From assembly GCA_902805555.1 (NCBI GenBank), contig CADCSY010000005.1, forward strand, positions 13,555-77,554: a stretch of 64,000 nucleotides of DNA. Reading direction: 5' to 3'. Origin of the DNA: an uncultured Acidimicrobiales bacterium. Lineage in GTDB: Bacteria; Actinomycetota; Acidimicrobiia; Acidimicrobiales; CADCSY01. The stretch's first letter is position 1. Every line of letters starts with the position of its first letter. The translations under genes and the position numbers were made by a program. Of the stretch, positions 19,582 to 31,264 are shown piece by piece. The notes under the pieces were generated by a model. It was not told the DNA's origin. It ran no database searches and worked only from the letters and a program-made list of their open reading frames with translations.

Positions 19582-20747
19582 GACGCACCGACCGCAACGA
19601 CCGGACGTGGCAGGAGCGGGTCGCGCTGGCGGAGCCGGTCGACGGCAGGGGGGATCACCGCGAGGGCGTGGTCGACGTCGGACCCGGTGGTCGTGGCACC
19701 GAGGCTGAGGCGCAGCGAGCCCCTCGCCTCCTCGCGCGCCACACCCATGGCGGCGAGGACGTGGGAGGGCTCGAGCGCGCCGCTGGCGCACGACGAGGCG
19801 GCGGAGGCGCAGACGCCCTGCCTGTCGAGCAGGACGAGGAGCGCCTCGCTGTCCACGCGGTCGAACAGCAGGTGGCAGCTGCCCGCCACCTTGCCGTCTC
19901 GTCGGCCCGTCTCACGGGACCCGGGCACCGCAGCCAGCAACCCGTCGGCCAGGCGGTCGCGCAGCGCCGCCACCCTGGCCACCGTGGCGCCCCGGTCGGC
20001 CACGGTGGCGGCAAGCGCAGCGGCGAAGCCGGCGATGCCGGCGACGTTGTGGGTGCCGCTCCGACGCTCCCGCTCCTGCCCGCCGCCGAGCAGCTGCGGC
20101 CGCAGCGAGGCGCCCTCACGGACCACCAGCGCCCCGACACCCTGCGGGCCGCCCAGCTTGTGGGCGCTCACGGAGACGAGCCCGGCGGGCGCCGTCGCCG
20201 CCGCGTCGAGCCAGGGGACGGCCTGCACGGCGTCGGTGTGCAGCACCGCCTCCGGGGCGTGGCGGGCCACGACGTCGGCCACCGCCGCCAGCGGCTGGAT
20301 CATCCCGGTCTCGTTGCTCACGAGCATCACGGACACGAGCGCCACGGGCGCTGGCGCGCGCTGCAGCACGTCGGCCAGGCCCTCGAGGTCCACGGTCCCG
20401 TCCGGGAGGACGGGGGCGGTCCGGCCGCCGAGGGCGGCGACGGGGTGGAGGACGGCGTGGTGCTCGATGGCGCTGCACACGGCCGTGCCGCCCCCAGCTG
20501 CGACCGTGCCCTTCACCGCGAGGTTGTCCGCCTCGGTCCCGCCCGAGGTGAACACGACCTCCGACGGTCGGCACCCGAGGCAGTCGGCGACGACGTCCCT
20601 GGCCTCGTCGACCACCTGTCGGCTGGCCCGGGCGAGCGCGTGCGCGCCCGTCGGGTTGCCGCCCGGCCGCGCCAGCTGGTCGAGCACGGCGGCCGCCGCC
20701 TCGGGCCGCAGCGGCGCCGTGGCCGCGTGGTCGAGGTAGGTGACCAC
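19578..20747 (-). CDS. iscS: Cysteine desulfurase (IscS/NifS family)
   Basis: PLP-lysine SAHKLGGPQGVG and the catalytic SSCAS motif. Translationally coupled to mnmA. Confidence 0.88.
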   Translation of the reverse strand: MVTYLDHAATAPLRPEAAAAVLDQLARPGGNPTGAHALARASRQVVDEARDVVADCLGCRPSEVVFTSGGTEADNLAVKGTVAAGGGTAVCSAIEHHAVLHPVAALGGRTAPVLPDGTVDLEGLADVLQRAPAPVALVSVMLVSNETGMIQPLAAVADVVARHAPEAVLHTDAVQAVPWLDAAATAPAGLVSVSAHKLGGPQGVGALVVREGASLRPQLLGGGQERERRSGTHNVAGIAGFAAALAATVADRGATVARVAALRDRLADGLLAAVPGSRETGRRDGKVAGSCHLLFDRVDSEALLVLLDRQGVCASAASSCASGALEPSHVLAAMGVAREEARGSLRLSLGATTTGSDVDHALAVIPPAVDRLRQRDPLLPRPVVAVGAS

Positions 20748-20789
20748 GGGCCCGAGGCTACCGGGGGGGCCCGGTCGGCTCCGTCCGGT

Positions 20790-21581
20790 TCACCAGGCCG
20801 TCGGCGGCGCCGGGCCCAGCGGGTCGTCCCCCACGAGCGGCGCCGCCCGCTGCTGGTAGCGGGCGGCGGCGCAGGTGAGGAAGGCCTCGGGGGGGACGCC
20901 GGGCGGGGGCACGTGACCGAGCCGGGCGGCGACCTTCGACGCGACGTCGGCCAGGAGCCGGTCCCGGACGGCCGGGGGGAGGGACGGGCTGCGGGCGAGC
21001 GCGGCGCGGGCGGCCCCGTAGTCGGCGGCGTCCATGGCCGACACGTCGATGGTCGCTGCGTACCCCTCCCATCCGGGGGGCACGGCGAAGCGCATGGCCT
21101 GGGGCGCCCCCGCCCCCGTCCGCTCCCGGATGACGAGGGTCCCGGCTGCGAGGTCGCCGAGCCGTTGGTCATCGCGGGTGAGCAGGATGCTGAGCACCGC
21201 GGCGACGCCCGAGGTGCCCACGATGTCGACGAGCGTCATGAACCCCCGGACGACCGTGTGGCGGAAGCGGACGGGCGAGCCGTCCCTGGCCACGACCCGC
21301 AGCCCGAGGGCGGCCTTGCCCGGCGTGCGGCCGCGCCACAGCGTCTCGAAGCCGATCGGGTAGCCGAGCAGGATCGTCGTGAGGGCGAGGACGATCACGA
21401 CGATCCCGAACGTCGATGCACCGCCGCTGAACGACAGGGTCGCGAACCCGAGCGCCACCGCGAGCACCAGCGAGCCCTGGATCGCGAGGTCGATCCCCGC
21501 GGCCAGGACCCGGGAGCCGAGGCTGGCGGTCTGGAACCGGAGCTCGACCGCCTCCGGCGTCACCAGCCGAGGGGAGGCCAT
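20790..21581 (-). CDS. RDD family membrane protein
   Basis: RDD-type TM core (RVLAAGIDLAI...RGRTPGKAALGLRVVARDG). The ATG at 21581 has GGGGAGG upstream. Confidence 0.75.
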   Translation of the reverse strand: MASPRLVTPEAVELRFQTASLGSRVLAAGIDLAIQGSLVLAVALGFATLSFSGGASTFGIVVIVLALTTILLGYPIGFETLWRGRTPGKAALGLRVVARDGSPVRFRHTVVRGFMTLVDIVGTSGVAAVLSILLTRDDQRLGDLAAGTLVIRERTGAGAPQAMRFAVPPGWEGYAATIDVSAMDAADYGAARAALARSPSLPPAVRDRLLADVASKVAARLGHVPPPGVPPEAFLTCAAARYQQRAAPLVGDDPLGPAPPTAW

Positions 21582-21678
21582 GGCGCCACGGTACGCGGCC
21601 CCCTGGCTCCGCCCGGCTGCCGGTACGGGCCTTCCGGGGCCGGCCGGCGAGCACCGGCACGGGTACCGTGCCCGGACC

Positions 21679-22704
21679 GTGGACATCGACCGCTTCATCG
21701 CCGCCAACGGGCCGGCGTGGGAGCGGCTCGGGGACCTCACCGAACGGGGGCGCCGAGGCGCCCGCGGCCTGCACCCGGCCGAGCTCGACGAGCTCGTCCG
21801 GCTGTACCAGCGGGCGTCCACCCACCTGTCCTACGCACGCACGTACTACGACGACCCGAGCCTGGCCAGCCGGCTCACCGGCGTGGTGGCCGGTGCCCGG
21901 GCGGTGGTGTACGGCACCCGGCCACGCAGCGGGCGGGCCCTCGGGTCGTTCTTCACGGCCACGTTCCCGGCGGCGGTGTGGCACGTCCGCCGCTTCGTCG
22001 CCGTGGCCGCCCTCCTGCTCCTGGTGCCCTTCGCCGCCGTCGCGATCTGGATCGCCAGCTCGGAGGAGGCGCTCGAGGCCAGCGCCCCGGCGGCGGTGCG
22101 GGCCACCTACGTCGAGCGCGACTTCGAGGCGTACTACTCCTCCGAGCCGGCCGCCGCCTTCGCCACGAACGTCTTCACGAACAACGTGCGGGTCGCCATC
22201 CTCGCCTTCGCCGCCGGGATCCTGCTGTGCGTGGTCACCGCCGGCCTCCTCGTCTACAACGGGGCGGCGGTGGGTGTCGCCGCCGGCCTGTTCGCCGCTG
22301 CCGGCCAGCCGGGGCGGTTCTGGGGGCTCATCCTCCCCCACGGGATGCTCGAGCTCTCGGCGGTGGTCGTCGCCGGCGCCGCCGGCCTGTCGCTCGGGTG
22401 GGCGATCGTCGTCCCCGGCGACCGCACCCGCCGGGACGCCCTCGCCGAGCAGGGGCGGCGCTCGGTCAGCATCGTGCTCGGGCTGGTGGTCGCCTTCCTC
22501 GTGGCCGGCCTGATCGAGGGGTTCGTGACGGGCCAGCCCTGGCCGACCGGCCTCCGGGTGGCCATCGGCGCGCTCGCCTGGCTCGTGTTCGTGCTCTACG
22601 TGGTGGTGCTGGGCCGGGCCGCTGCGGCCGACGGCCTCACCGGCCTGCTCGGGGAGGACCGGCGCGGGCGCACGGGCGTCGGACCGGCACCCGCCCGGAC
22701 GTGA
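21679..22704 (+). CDS. Stage II sporulation protein M-like (DUF95) membrane protein
   Basis: N-terminal VDIDRFIAANGPAWERL plus about 6 TMs. An alternative ATG at 21580 shares the CCATGG with the divergent RDD gene. Confidence 0.65.
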   Translation: MDIDRFIAANGPAWERLGDLTERGRRGARGLHPAELDELVRLYQRASTHLSYARTYYDDPSLASRLTGVVAGARAVVYGTRPRSGRALGSFFTATFPAAVWHVRRFVAVAALLLLVPFAAVAIWIASSEEALEASAPAAVRATYVERDFEAYYSSEPAAAFATNVFTNNVRVAILAFAAGILLCVVTAGLLVYNGAAVGVAAGLFAAAGQPGRFWGLILPHGMLELSAVVVAGAAGLSLGWAIVVPGDRTRRDALAEQGRRSVSIVLGLVVAFLVAGLIEGFVTGQPWPTGLRVAIGALAWLVFVLYVVVLGRAAAADGLTGLLGEDRRGRTGVGPAPART

Positions 22705-22720
22705 CCCCGCTCGCCGCCCC

Positions 22721-23983
22721 TCAGGGGGCGGCGGTCGCCGGGCCGGGCAGGCCGGGACCGGGCACAGCGCCGATCCCGGCGCCTCCCGGCTCGACCGCAT
22801 CGGCATCCTGATCCCGTCCCCCGTCGTCGAGCACGACCTCCCCGCCCGCCCCGGCCGTCGGGCGGCGCCGCTCCTCCGACACGATCGTGACCAGGAGGCC
22901 GGTGGCGAGGGCGGCGAGCGTCCAGACCGGGAGGTCGTCGGGCACCGCCACCATCGCCAGGAGCGTGGCGGCCAGCACGACGAGCCGCGTGACGAGCACG
23001 ATCCCCCGGGCCCGCCAGAGGGCGAACGCCGAGAAGCCGACGAAGAGGGCCACCCCGGACCCGAGGGCGAGGGCCACCTCGTCGTGCAGCGCCTCGTCGG
23101 GGTGGGCGACGATCTCCTCGACCGCCACGGCGAAGCCGACGATCCCGCAGACGAGGGCGAAGTGGGCGAGGCTGAAGGCGTCCCTGGCCACGCGACCCAC
23201 GTCCTGTGGCGTGGTGGCCCGCAGGCCCTCCTGCAACGCCTCCTTCAGCCACCCGAAGTACGTCCACCACAGGAGGCACGCGACGACGAGGGCTGCTCCC
23301 GCCGCGCCGATCAGCGCCGGGGTGCGCTCGTCGGAGGCCACGGCGGTGCCGGCCACGATCAGCGACTCCCCCAGGGCGATGATGACGAACAGCCCGTGGC
23401 GCTCGGCGAAGTGGGCGGGGTGGAGGTCCCAGAGGTACCCCCGCCCGGCGAACGACGCGGCGGCCAGGTCGCCGCCGATGGCGAGGGCCCACAGCCACGT
23501 CCTGCCCTGGACGCCGACGAACCCGCCCGCCAGCACGACGAGGAGGACGACCGTCGACGTGCCCGCCCACCGCCACACGCCGCGGCGGTCGTCGATGTCC
23601 CCCCGCTCGAGGTCGACGCGCACCTGGAGGGCCAGCCCGAGCAGGCGGACCACGAGGTAGGGGACGACGAACCAGAGCGGGTCGGACCCGTAGGCATCCG
23701 ACACCGCCGTGGCCATGACGAAGGCGACGGCGGTGGCGAGGAGGGTGCACGCCCGCACGAGCGTGTGCTCGGTGTCCGCCGGGTTGAGGGTCCAGGTGAA
23801 CTGCGTCCACGACCACCACACGAGCCAGAACAGCACCAGCGAGCGGACCACCCCGGCCGCCGTGAGGTCGCCGGCGGTGAGCGCCGTGACCTGGGTGACG
23901 GCGAAGACGAAGACGAGGTCGAAGAACAGCTCGACGAACGTGACGGACTGCGGGTCGGGCGCGTGCAGCCGGGTGCGGGTCAC
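22721..23983 (-). CDS. Low-temperature-requirement A (LtrA) family membrane protein
   Basis: FVELFFDLVFVFAVTQ is the LtrA signature. The putative GTG start is at 23983. Confidence 0.72.
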   Translation of the reverse strand: MTRTRLHAPDPQSVTFVELFFDLVFVFAVTQVTALTAGDLTAAGVVRSLVLFWLVWWSWTQFTWTLNPADTEHTLVRACTLLATAVAFVMATAVSDAYGSDPLWFVVPYLVVRLLGLALQVRVDLERGDIDDRRGVWRWAGTSTVVLLVVLAGGFVGVQGRTWLWALAIGGDLAAASFAGRGYLWDLHPAHFAERHGLFVIIALGESLIVAGTAVASDERTPALIGAAGAALVVACLLWWTYFGWLKEALQEGLRATTPQDVGRVARDAFSLAHFALVCGIVGFAVAVEEIVAHPDEALHDEVALALGSGVALFVGFSAFALWRARGIVLVTRLVVLAATLLAMVAVPDDLPVWTLAALATGLLVTIVSEERRRPTAGAGGEVVLDDGGRDQDADAVEPGGAGIGAVPGPGLPGPATAAP

Positions 23984-24062
23984 GCCCGGACCCAACCGAG
24001 GTCCCGCCCGATTTTCTTCCACCGGCACCGAGCGGACCGGACGGAGAGCACGGCGTCCGGGC

Positions 24063-25370
24063 CTACAGGGTCCCGGTGGCCTTGACCTTGAGGTAGGTGT
24101 CGGTGAGGCGGGGGGCCAGGTCCCCGGGGGCGGCGTCGACGACGGTCGCCCCCATCCCCCGCAGGCGGGCCACCACCCGACGACGCTCCTCGAGGGCGGT
24201 GATGGCGGCGGCCCGGCGGTAGGCGGCACCGGCGTCGGCCGGCGGCGCGGAGGCCCACGTGGCGACGGCGGGGTCGACGACGCTGGCGATCACCACGAGG
24301 TGGTCGCGCAGGAGGAGTGGGAGCGCCGGCAGCAGGGTCTCGTCGAGCGCCTGCTCTGCCAGCTCGGTGCTCAGCACGACGAGGGAGCGCCGGCGGAAGC
24401 GACCGAGGGCGGTGCCGAACGCCAGGCGGTGGTCGCTCTCGACGAGGACGGGCTCGAGGTCGTACATCGCCTCGGTCACCCGCCGCAGCTGGTGCGGCCC
24501 GCCACGGGGCGGCACCACCGCCCGGACCTCGGCGTCGAAGGCCAGCAGCCCGACCCGGTCGCCGAGCCGGCCGGCGACGTGGGTGAGCATCATCACGGCG
24601 TCCATGGCGTGCTCGACCCTGGGAACGTCCTCCACGCGGGCTGCCATCGTCCGGCCGAGGTCGAGCAGGCACAGCACCGTCTGGTTGCGCTCGGCCCGGT
24701 AGGTGCGGACGATGGGTCGCCCGGTCCGGGCCGTGGCGGCCCAGTCGATGCGCCGGGTCTCGTCGTCGACGCTGTAGTCGCGGAGGGCCTCGAACTCGGT
24801 CCCCGAGCCCCGCCCCTTGGCGGACCGCAACCCGACCTCGAGGATGCGGGCCCGCTCGATGCGCAGCTCGGCCTGCTCCTTCGAGCGGTAGCGGGGGTGC
24901 ACCCGCAGGACGGCGGGCACGTGGACCGTGGTCTGGCGGGCCGCGAGGCCGAGGGGGCCCTCGACCCTGAGCGTCACCGCCGACGGCTCGAAGCGGCCCC
25001 GCCGGGTGGGGCGGATCGTCGTCCCGGCGGACGCGACGCCACCGGCCGGGACCGAGAGGTGGGCCCGCCTCGTGCCTGCCGCCAGGGAGGGCGCCAGGTC
25101 GTCCGCCAGCCCGACGACCAGCGCCCGGCGGTGCGGGCTCGAGACCCGCCACGTGACGCGGCCCGCACCGCCGAGCGGGAGCACCGCCGGGAGCTCCCGC
25201 TCGACCTCGAGCGACGACGGCGGCGGCGCCAGGCGCCAGTCGACGACGGCCAGGAGCAGCAGGAGCCCGTCGACCACCACGAGCCCCAACGGCAGCCGGA
25301 GGGGCAGGACGAGCATCGCCGCCGACAGCGCCGCAGCCAGCAGCGCCAGCCGGCGCGTGGGGGCCGGCAC
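24063..25370 (-). CDS. DUF58 domain protein (MoxR partner)
   Basis: An N-terminal TM followed by the DUF58 core (RDYSVDDETRRIDWAATARTGRPIVRTYRAERNQTVLCLLDLG). The GTG at 25370 lies 2 nt after the moxR stop. Confidence 0.8.
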   Translation of the reverse strand: MPAPTRRLALLAAALSAAMLVLPLRLPLGLVVVDGLLLLLAVVDWRLAPPPSSLEVERELPAVLPLGGAGRVTWRVSSPHRRALVVGLADDLAPSLAAGTRRAHLSVPAGGVASAGTTIRPTRRGRFEPSAVTLRVEGPLGLAARQTTVHVPAVLRVHPRYRSKEQAELRIERARILEVGLRSAKGRGSGTEFEALRDYSVDDETRRIDWAATARTGRPIVRTYRAERNQTVLCLLDLGRTMAARVEDVPRVEHAMDAVMMLTHVAGRLGDRVGLLAFDAEVRAVVPPRGGPHQLRRVTEAMYDLEPVLVESDHRLAFGTALGRFRRRSLVVLSTELAEQALDETLLPALPLLLRDHLVVIASVVDPAVATWASAPPADAGAAYRRAAAITALEERRRVVARLRGMGATVVDAAPGDLAPRLTDTYLKVKATGTL

Positions 25371-25372
25371 GG

Positions 25373-26372
<1,000 letters not shown>

Positions 26373-26383
<11 letters not shown>

Positions 26384-27467
26384 GGTCGAGCTCCTCGGTG
26401 ACGGCGGAGGCGGCGGCGGCCAGCTCGACGAGGACCTCGTCGCCGCCTGCCGCTGCGGCTGCGGGTGTGAGCAGGTCGGACAGGCGCCGGCGGTCGAGAC
26501 CCGTGCGTGCGGCGGCCACCTCGGCCACGTGGGCGGGGGCGGCGGAGGTCGGCAGGCCCAGCCGGGCGGCGAGGTGCCGACGGAGGTCCTCCCGGATCAC
26601 CTCCGCGGCCCGGCCGTGGTGGCGGCCCTGCTGCAGGAGGTCGCCGACGGCGACCACGAGCTCGGACGCGGCGAGCTCGACCGGCTGGGGTTCGGGCACG
26701 GGCCGCCCGAGCCGGCGGCCCCGCCAGAGCGCGTAGAGCGTGAACGCGACCCCGAGCTGCAGGAGGGCCTGCTTCGGGCCGTCCCCGACCAGGTCGGTGA
26801 GCGAGGCGCTGCCGCCACCGACGAGCGTCGGCAGCACCACCGCCACCTGCGTGCCCTCCGCGGGCGCCAGCAGGGCACCGGCGAGCACGGCGTTGTCCGC
26901 CCGACCGAGGCGCTCGTTGACCCACACCGCTGCCCCGCCGACCGCGACCACCGTGCCGTCGCCGACCGGGGTGGCGACGACGAACGACCCACCGTCGCCG
27001 CCGCTGAAGCAGCCGCGACCCCGCACGCCGAGGTCGAAGCCGACGCCCTGCACGGACAGCTCCTCGACCCCGACGAGGGCGTCGATGCCGCACCCGCCGG
27101 CGTCGCGGCGGGGGTCGACGAGCTCACCGGTGGGCTCGACCTGGGCGAGGGGGGAGGAGGGGTCGGCGACCACGAGCGTCCGGCCCCCGCGCACCCAGGT
27201 GAGCAGGTCGTCCCGGCCGTCGCGGCCGAGCCGGTCGCCGAGCACGACGGCCACGTCGACGTCCGCGCCCGGCGCGCCCCTGGCGGTCGAGACCTCGGCG
27301 CCGAGCGCCCCGAGCGTCCGCACCAGGCCGAGGGCGCCGAGCGGGCCCGGGCTGTCCGGGTCGAGTGCCTCCCCCTCGTCGGCGGGTGGGCCGACCAGCA
27401 GCGCGCCGACGAGCACCGCCGCTCCGAGCAGCACCCAGCGGGCCCACCCCGCACGGCCTGCGGTCAC
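26373..27467 (-). CDS. DUF4350 domain protein
   Basis: N-terminal TM. Position within the conserved DUF4129–DUF4350–MoxR–DUF58 gene order. The GTG start overlaps the upstream stop (GTGA). Confidence 0.6.
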
Positions 27468-28111
27468 GAGCGACCGGAGCCGACGAGCACCCGCTCGGAC
27501 AGGTCGGCGAAGCGCCCGGCGTCGTCGGCACCCGTCGGACGGCCCCCGTACCAGGCCAGCTCGAACAGGGAGGTGGCACCGTCGAAGTCGGGGGCGACGG
27601 CCGGCGCCCGCCGGGCCACCTCGACCCGGTACTCCCCCGTCGTGCGCCCGGGCACCTCGTCGACGAGTCCCCGTGCCGCCAGCGATGCGACGAGCGCACG
27701 GTGGCGGCACCGCAGGCCGCCCCGCCAGTCCCCGGCCGACTCGAGCCGGGCCGCCTCCGCCAGCCAGTCCGTGGCCGGCCGGGCCGGGCCCCCGGGTGTG
27801 GCCACGACCGCGCCCGGCTCCCGTTGCACGCCGCGCGTCAAGCGGACGGCGAGCAGGACGGCCGCCACGACGAGGACGCCGACGACGACCCAGCCGACGA
27901 CCCCTCCTCCGCCCGACCCGAGGATGGTCTGGAGGAGCTCGTCGATGCGGTCGAAGAACCAGTCGCGCGCCCGGGCCAGCAGGCCCGGTGCCGGCCGGTC
28001 GAACACGGGGTCCGACAGCACCTGGTCGGCCGCCCGCCTGGCCTCCTCCGCCGACCTGTCGGGCTCGGGGAGCTCGGTGGCGGCGGACGGCCTCGACGAG
28101 CCGACGATCAC
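27464..28111 (-). CDS. DUF4129 domain protein
   Basis: One TM (VVGWVVVGVLVVAAVLLAV) and a C-terminal DUF4129-like region. The GTG start overlaps the upstream stop (GTGA). Confidence 0.55.
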   Translation of the reverse strand: MIVGSSRPSAATELPEPDRSAEEARRAADQVLSDPVFDRPAPGLLARARDWFFDRIDELLQTILGSGGGGVVGWVVVGVLVVAAVLLAVRLTRGVQREPGAVVATPGGPARPATDWLAEAARLESAGDWRGGLRCRHRALVASLAARGLVDEVPGRTTGEYRVEVARRAPAVAPDFDGATSLFELAWYGGRPTGADDAGRFADLSERVLVGSGRS

Positions 28112-29406
28112 CGGCGAGGGCCGGGCACGGCGAGCTCGGCTGCGATGACCTCGAGGTCGAAGCCCTCGAAGCGGATGCGGGCGTCGAAGTACTGGAGGGT
28201 GGCGACGATCGCCACGATCGGCTGGGTGATGAGGGCGCTCAGGATGGCCCCGACCGCGACGAGGAGCCAGCCGGCGTCGCTCCCTGCGAAGAACCCGGCG
28301 AACGTGGGGATGGCGCCGAGCACCTCGCCGAGGACGGAGGCGACGAGACCTGCGAGCAGCGCCGTGCCGAGCACCGGCCAGAACCGCCGGCGCATCAGCG
28401 ACCAGGACCGCCTGGTCCCGGCGACCGGCCCGAGCTGCTCCACCACGATCGCCGGTGCGACCGCCACCGACAGCGCCATCACCGCCACCAGCACCGGGAG
28501 CGCGACGAGGACGCCGAGCACCACCAGGATGCCGACACCGAGCCCGGACCCGCCGGCGACGAGGACGGCGACGAGCGCCACACCGAGGACGAGGAACCCG
28601 GAGGCCTCGAGGAGGTGGACCAGGAGCCAGCCGAGGAACAGCGCCCAGGCACGGCGGAACGTGGCTCGCAGCGCGTCCGCCGGCCCGAGCTGCTGGCCGA
28701 GGTAGGACGCGGCCACGACCTGGCTCACCGCCCCCGCCATGAACGGCAGGACGAGGAGGTTCAACAGGTCGGCGATCACGCCCACCACCAGGCCGCCGTC
28801 CGCCTGGAGCTCGTCCTCGGCCGTGAGTGAGGGGTCGGTGAACGTGTCGAAGAGCTCCGTGCCGCCGAGGAGGTCCCGCTGGGCGAAGGCGCCGATGACC
28901 TGGAGCGGGACGACGAAGACGGCCACGATCGGGAGCAGGGTCGCGGCGTTCGCCTTGAGGAGTCGGAAGGCGCCGTCGAGGATGTCGCTCACGGTCATCG
29001 GGTGCAGCGGCAGCGGGCCGGTGCGGGCCGAACCGCCCTTCGGCAGGGCCATGGCCGGCCCGTAGCCGTAGCCGGGGGGCGCGTACCCGTACCCGGGCGG
29101 CGGCCCGTACCCGGGCGGCGGCCCGTACCCGGGGGGCGGCGGGTTCCCGGGAGGTGGCTCGTACCCAGGCGGTGGGCCGTACCCGGGCGGTGGTGGGTTC
29201 GCGGGCTGCGCCGGGTTCCCGGGCGGCGGCGGGTTCCCGGGAGATGGGCCGTTCCCCGGGGGCGGCCCGTACCCGGGCGGTGGCGCTGGTGCCGGCCCCC
29301 CCGGGGGCGGCTCGGGGGAGGCCACACCGCCGGTGGGCGCACCCGGGGCCGCCCACGGAGGCGGCTGCGCGTGGTCGCCCTCGTCGGCGTCGGCGGGGGG
29401 AGCCAC
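28108..29406 (-). CDS. Polytopic membrane protein with a Pro/Gly/Tyr-rich N-terminus (glycerophosphoryl diester phosphodiesterase membrane-domain-like)
   Basis: About 100 aa of PPGY/PPGN repeats, then 6-7 TMs. Occupies the first position of the conserved MoxR module. Confidence 0.55.
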   Translation of the reverse strand: MAPPADADEGDHAQPPPWAAPGAPTGGVASPEPPPGGPAPAPPPGYGPPPGNGPSPGNPPPPGNPAQPANPPPPGYGPPPGYEPPPGNPPPPGYGPPPGYGPPPGYGYAPPGYGYGPAMALPKGGSARTGPLPLHPMTVSDILDGAFRLLKANAATLLPIVAVFVVPLQVIGAFAQRDLLGGTELFDTFTDPSLTAEDELQADGGLVVGVIADLLNLLVLPFMAGAVSQVVAASYLGQQLGPADALRATFRRAWALFLGWLLVHLLEASGFLVLGVALVAVLVAGGSGLGVGILVVLGVLVALPVLVAVMALSVAVAPAIVVEQLGPVAGTRRSWSLMRRRFWPVLGTALLAGLVASVLGEVLGAIPTFAGFFAGSDAGWLLVAVGAILSALITQPIVAIVATLQYFDARIRFEGFDLEVIAAELAVPGPRR

Positions 29407-29525
29407 GGCGGGGATGCTACTGAGGCGGCTCCCGGAGGCGGTGGCCGGCCGACGGCCCGTCCCCGGTTGCTCGCCCGCCGGCGCTCACCTGCCGGTGCCG
29501 CGGGGGCGGTGCTAAGGAGGACGGC

Positions 29526-30272
29526 GTGGAGGGCTACGACGCCAGCACCTACGGCGAGCGCTTCGCTGACGTCTACGACGAGTGGTACGGCGACGTCTCC
29601 GACGCAGCGGCCACCGTGTCGGTGCTGGCCGAGCTGGCCGACGGTGGGGCCGTCCTCGAGCTCGGGGTGGGCACGGGCCGGCTGGCGCTCCCCCTGGCCG
29701 CCCGGGGCCTCGACGTCCACGGGGTGGACGCCTCGCCGGCCATGGTCGAGCGGCTCCGGGCCAAGCCCGGGGGTGGGGCGGTCCACGTCACGCTGGGCGA
29801 CTTCGCCGACGTGGACGTCGACGTCCCCGGCGGCTTCGCCGTCGCGTTCGTCGCCTTCAACACCCTGTTCAACCTGACGACGGCGGAGGCCCAGCAGCGC
29901 TGCTTCACCAACGTGGCCGGCCGGCTCCGTCCCGGCGGGGCGTTCGTGCTGGAGGCGTTCGTGCCCGACACCGATGCCGCGCCGACCGGCGGTGGCGTCA
30001 CCACCCGGTCCATCACCGCCGACCGGGTCGAGCTGCAGGCCACGCTGGCCGACCTCACCGACCAGACGATCAGCGGGTCCACGATCAGCATCTCGCCCTC
30101 GGGGATCACGCTGCGCCCGTGGCACATCCGCTGGGCGACACCCCTCCAGCTCGACGCCATGGCGGCCGCCGCCGGCCTCGTGCTGGCCGACCGCTGGGGG
30201 GGCTGGGAGCGGGTGGAGCGGTCCCCCGACGACCGCCGCCATGTCACCGTGTACCGGCGACCGGAGGCGTAG
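29526..30272 (+). CDS. Class I SAM-dependent methyltransferase
   Basis: Motif I LELGVGTGRLALPLA. GTG start with the strong RBS AAGGAGGA. Confidence 0.8.
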   Translation: MEGYDASTYGERFADVYDEWYGDVSDAAATVSVLAELADGGAVLELGVGTGRLALPLAARGLDVHGVDASPAMVERLRAKPGGGAVHVTLGDFADVDVDVPGGFAVAFVAFNTLFNLTTAEAQQRCFTNVAGRLRPGGAFVLEAFVPDTDAAPTGGGVTTRSITADRVELQATLADLTDQTISGSTISISPSGITLRPWHIRWATPLQLDAMAAAAGLVLADRWGGWERVERSPDDRRHVTVYRRPEA

Positions 30273-30284
30273 GCTCCTCCTCTG

Positions 30285-31253
30285 GTGAGCCAGCTCCGAC
30301 TGAACCCCCTCGCCGGCCGGTGGGTCACGGTGACCGGCGACCGGGCGAGCCGGCCGGCGGCATTCGACGAGCGGTCCCTCCGGGTCGAGTCGGAGGACCG
30401 CCCGTGCCCGTTCTGCGTGGGCCACGAGGAGGCGTCTCCGGCAGCGCTCGAGACCCACGGGTCCTCGGGCGAGTGGCTCGTGCGGGTCGTGCCCAACCGC
30501 TACCCGGCCTTCTACGGGCGGGACCCGCTGGCCGTCACCCACATCGGACCCGTCTTCACCCGCGCGCCGGCGAGCGGCATCCACGAGGTGCTCGTGCTCA
30601 CCCCGGCGCACGACGGCTCCTGGGCGGACCTCGACGTGGAGCAGGTCGACCTCGTCATGGGAGCCATGCGCGAGCGCGTGGAGGCCCACGCCGGGGTCGA
30701 GGGCGTGCGCTACACGCAGGCCATCGTCAACCACGGCCGGGAGGCGGGGGCGTCGATCAACCACCCCCACGGCCAGCTGCTCGGGATCCCCTTCGTCCCG
30801 CGCGACATCGCCGAGGAGGAGGCGGGGTTCGCCCGCTTCGTCGGCGGGTGCCTCATGTGCACCACGCTCGAGGCCGAGGTCGAGGCCGGGCACCGGACGG
30901 TGCTCGAGGACGACCTCGCCGTCGTCGTCTGCCCGTACTGGAGCGGGACCCCGTTCGAGCTGCTCGTGATCCCCCGGGCCCACGAGGCCCACCTGGGCCG
31001 GGCCAAGCCCGCCGACGTGTGCGGCGTGGGGCGGGCCCTGCGCACGGCGCTGACGGTCCTCCGGGAGCGCCTGGGCGACGTGGCCTACAACGTCGTGTTC
31101 CACACCTCGCCCCACGGCCACGACGGGGAGTTCCACTGGCACGCCCACGTGCTGCCGAAGCTGACGACGCGGGCCGGCTTCGAGCTCGGGACGGGCGTCC
31201 TCATCAACATCGTGCCCCCCGAGGCGGCCGCCGACGTGCTCCTCGGCCGCTGA
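30285..31253 (+). CDS. galT: Galactose-1-phosphate uridylyltransferase
   Basis: CPFCVGHE zinc motif and the HPHGQ active site. Confidence 0.85.
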   Translation: MSQLRLNPLAGRWVTVTGDRASRPAAFDERSLRVESEDRPCPFCVGHEEASPAALETHGSSGEWLVRVVPNRYPAFYGRDPLAVTHIGPVFTRAPASGIHEVLVLTPAHDGSWADLDVEQVDLVMGAMRERVEAHAGVEGVRYTQAIVNHGREAGASINHPHGQLLGIPFVPRDIAEEEAGFARFVGGCLMCTTLEAEVEAGHRTVLEDDLAVVVCPYWSGTPFELLVIPRAHEAHLGRAKPADVCGVGRALRTALTVLRERLGDVAYNVVFHTSPHGHDGEFHWHAHVLPKLTTRAGFELGTGVLINIVPPEAAADVLLGR

Positions 31254-31264
31254 GGCGGGCTCCC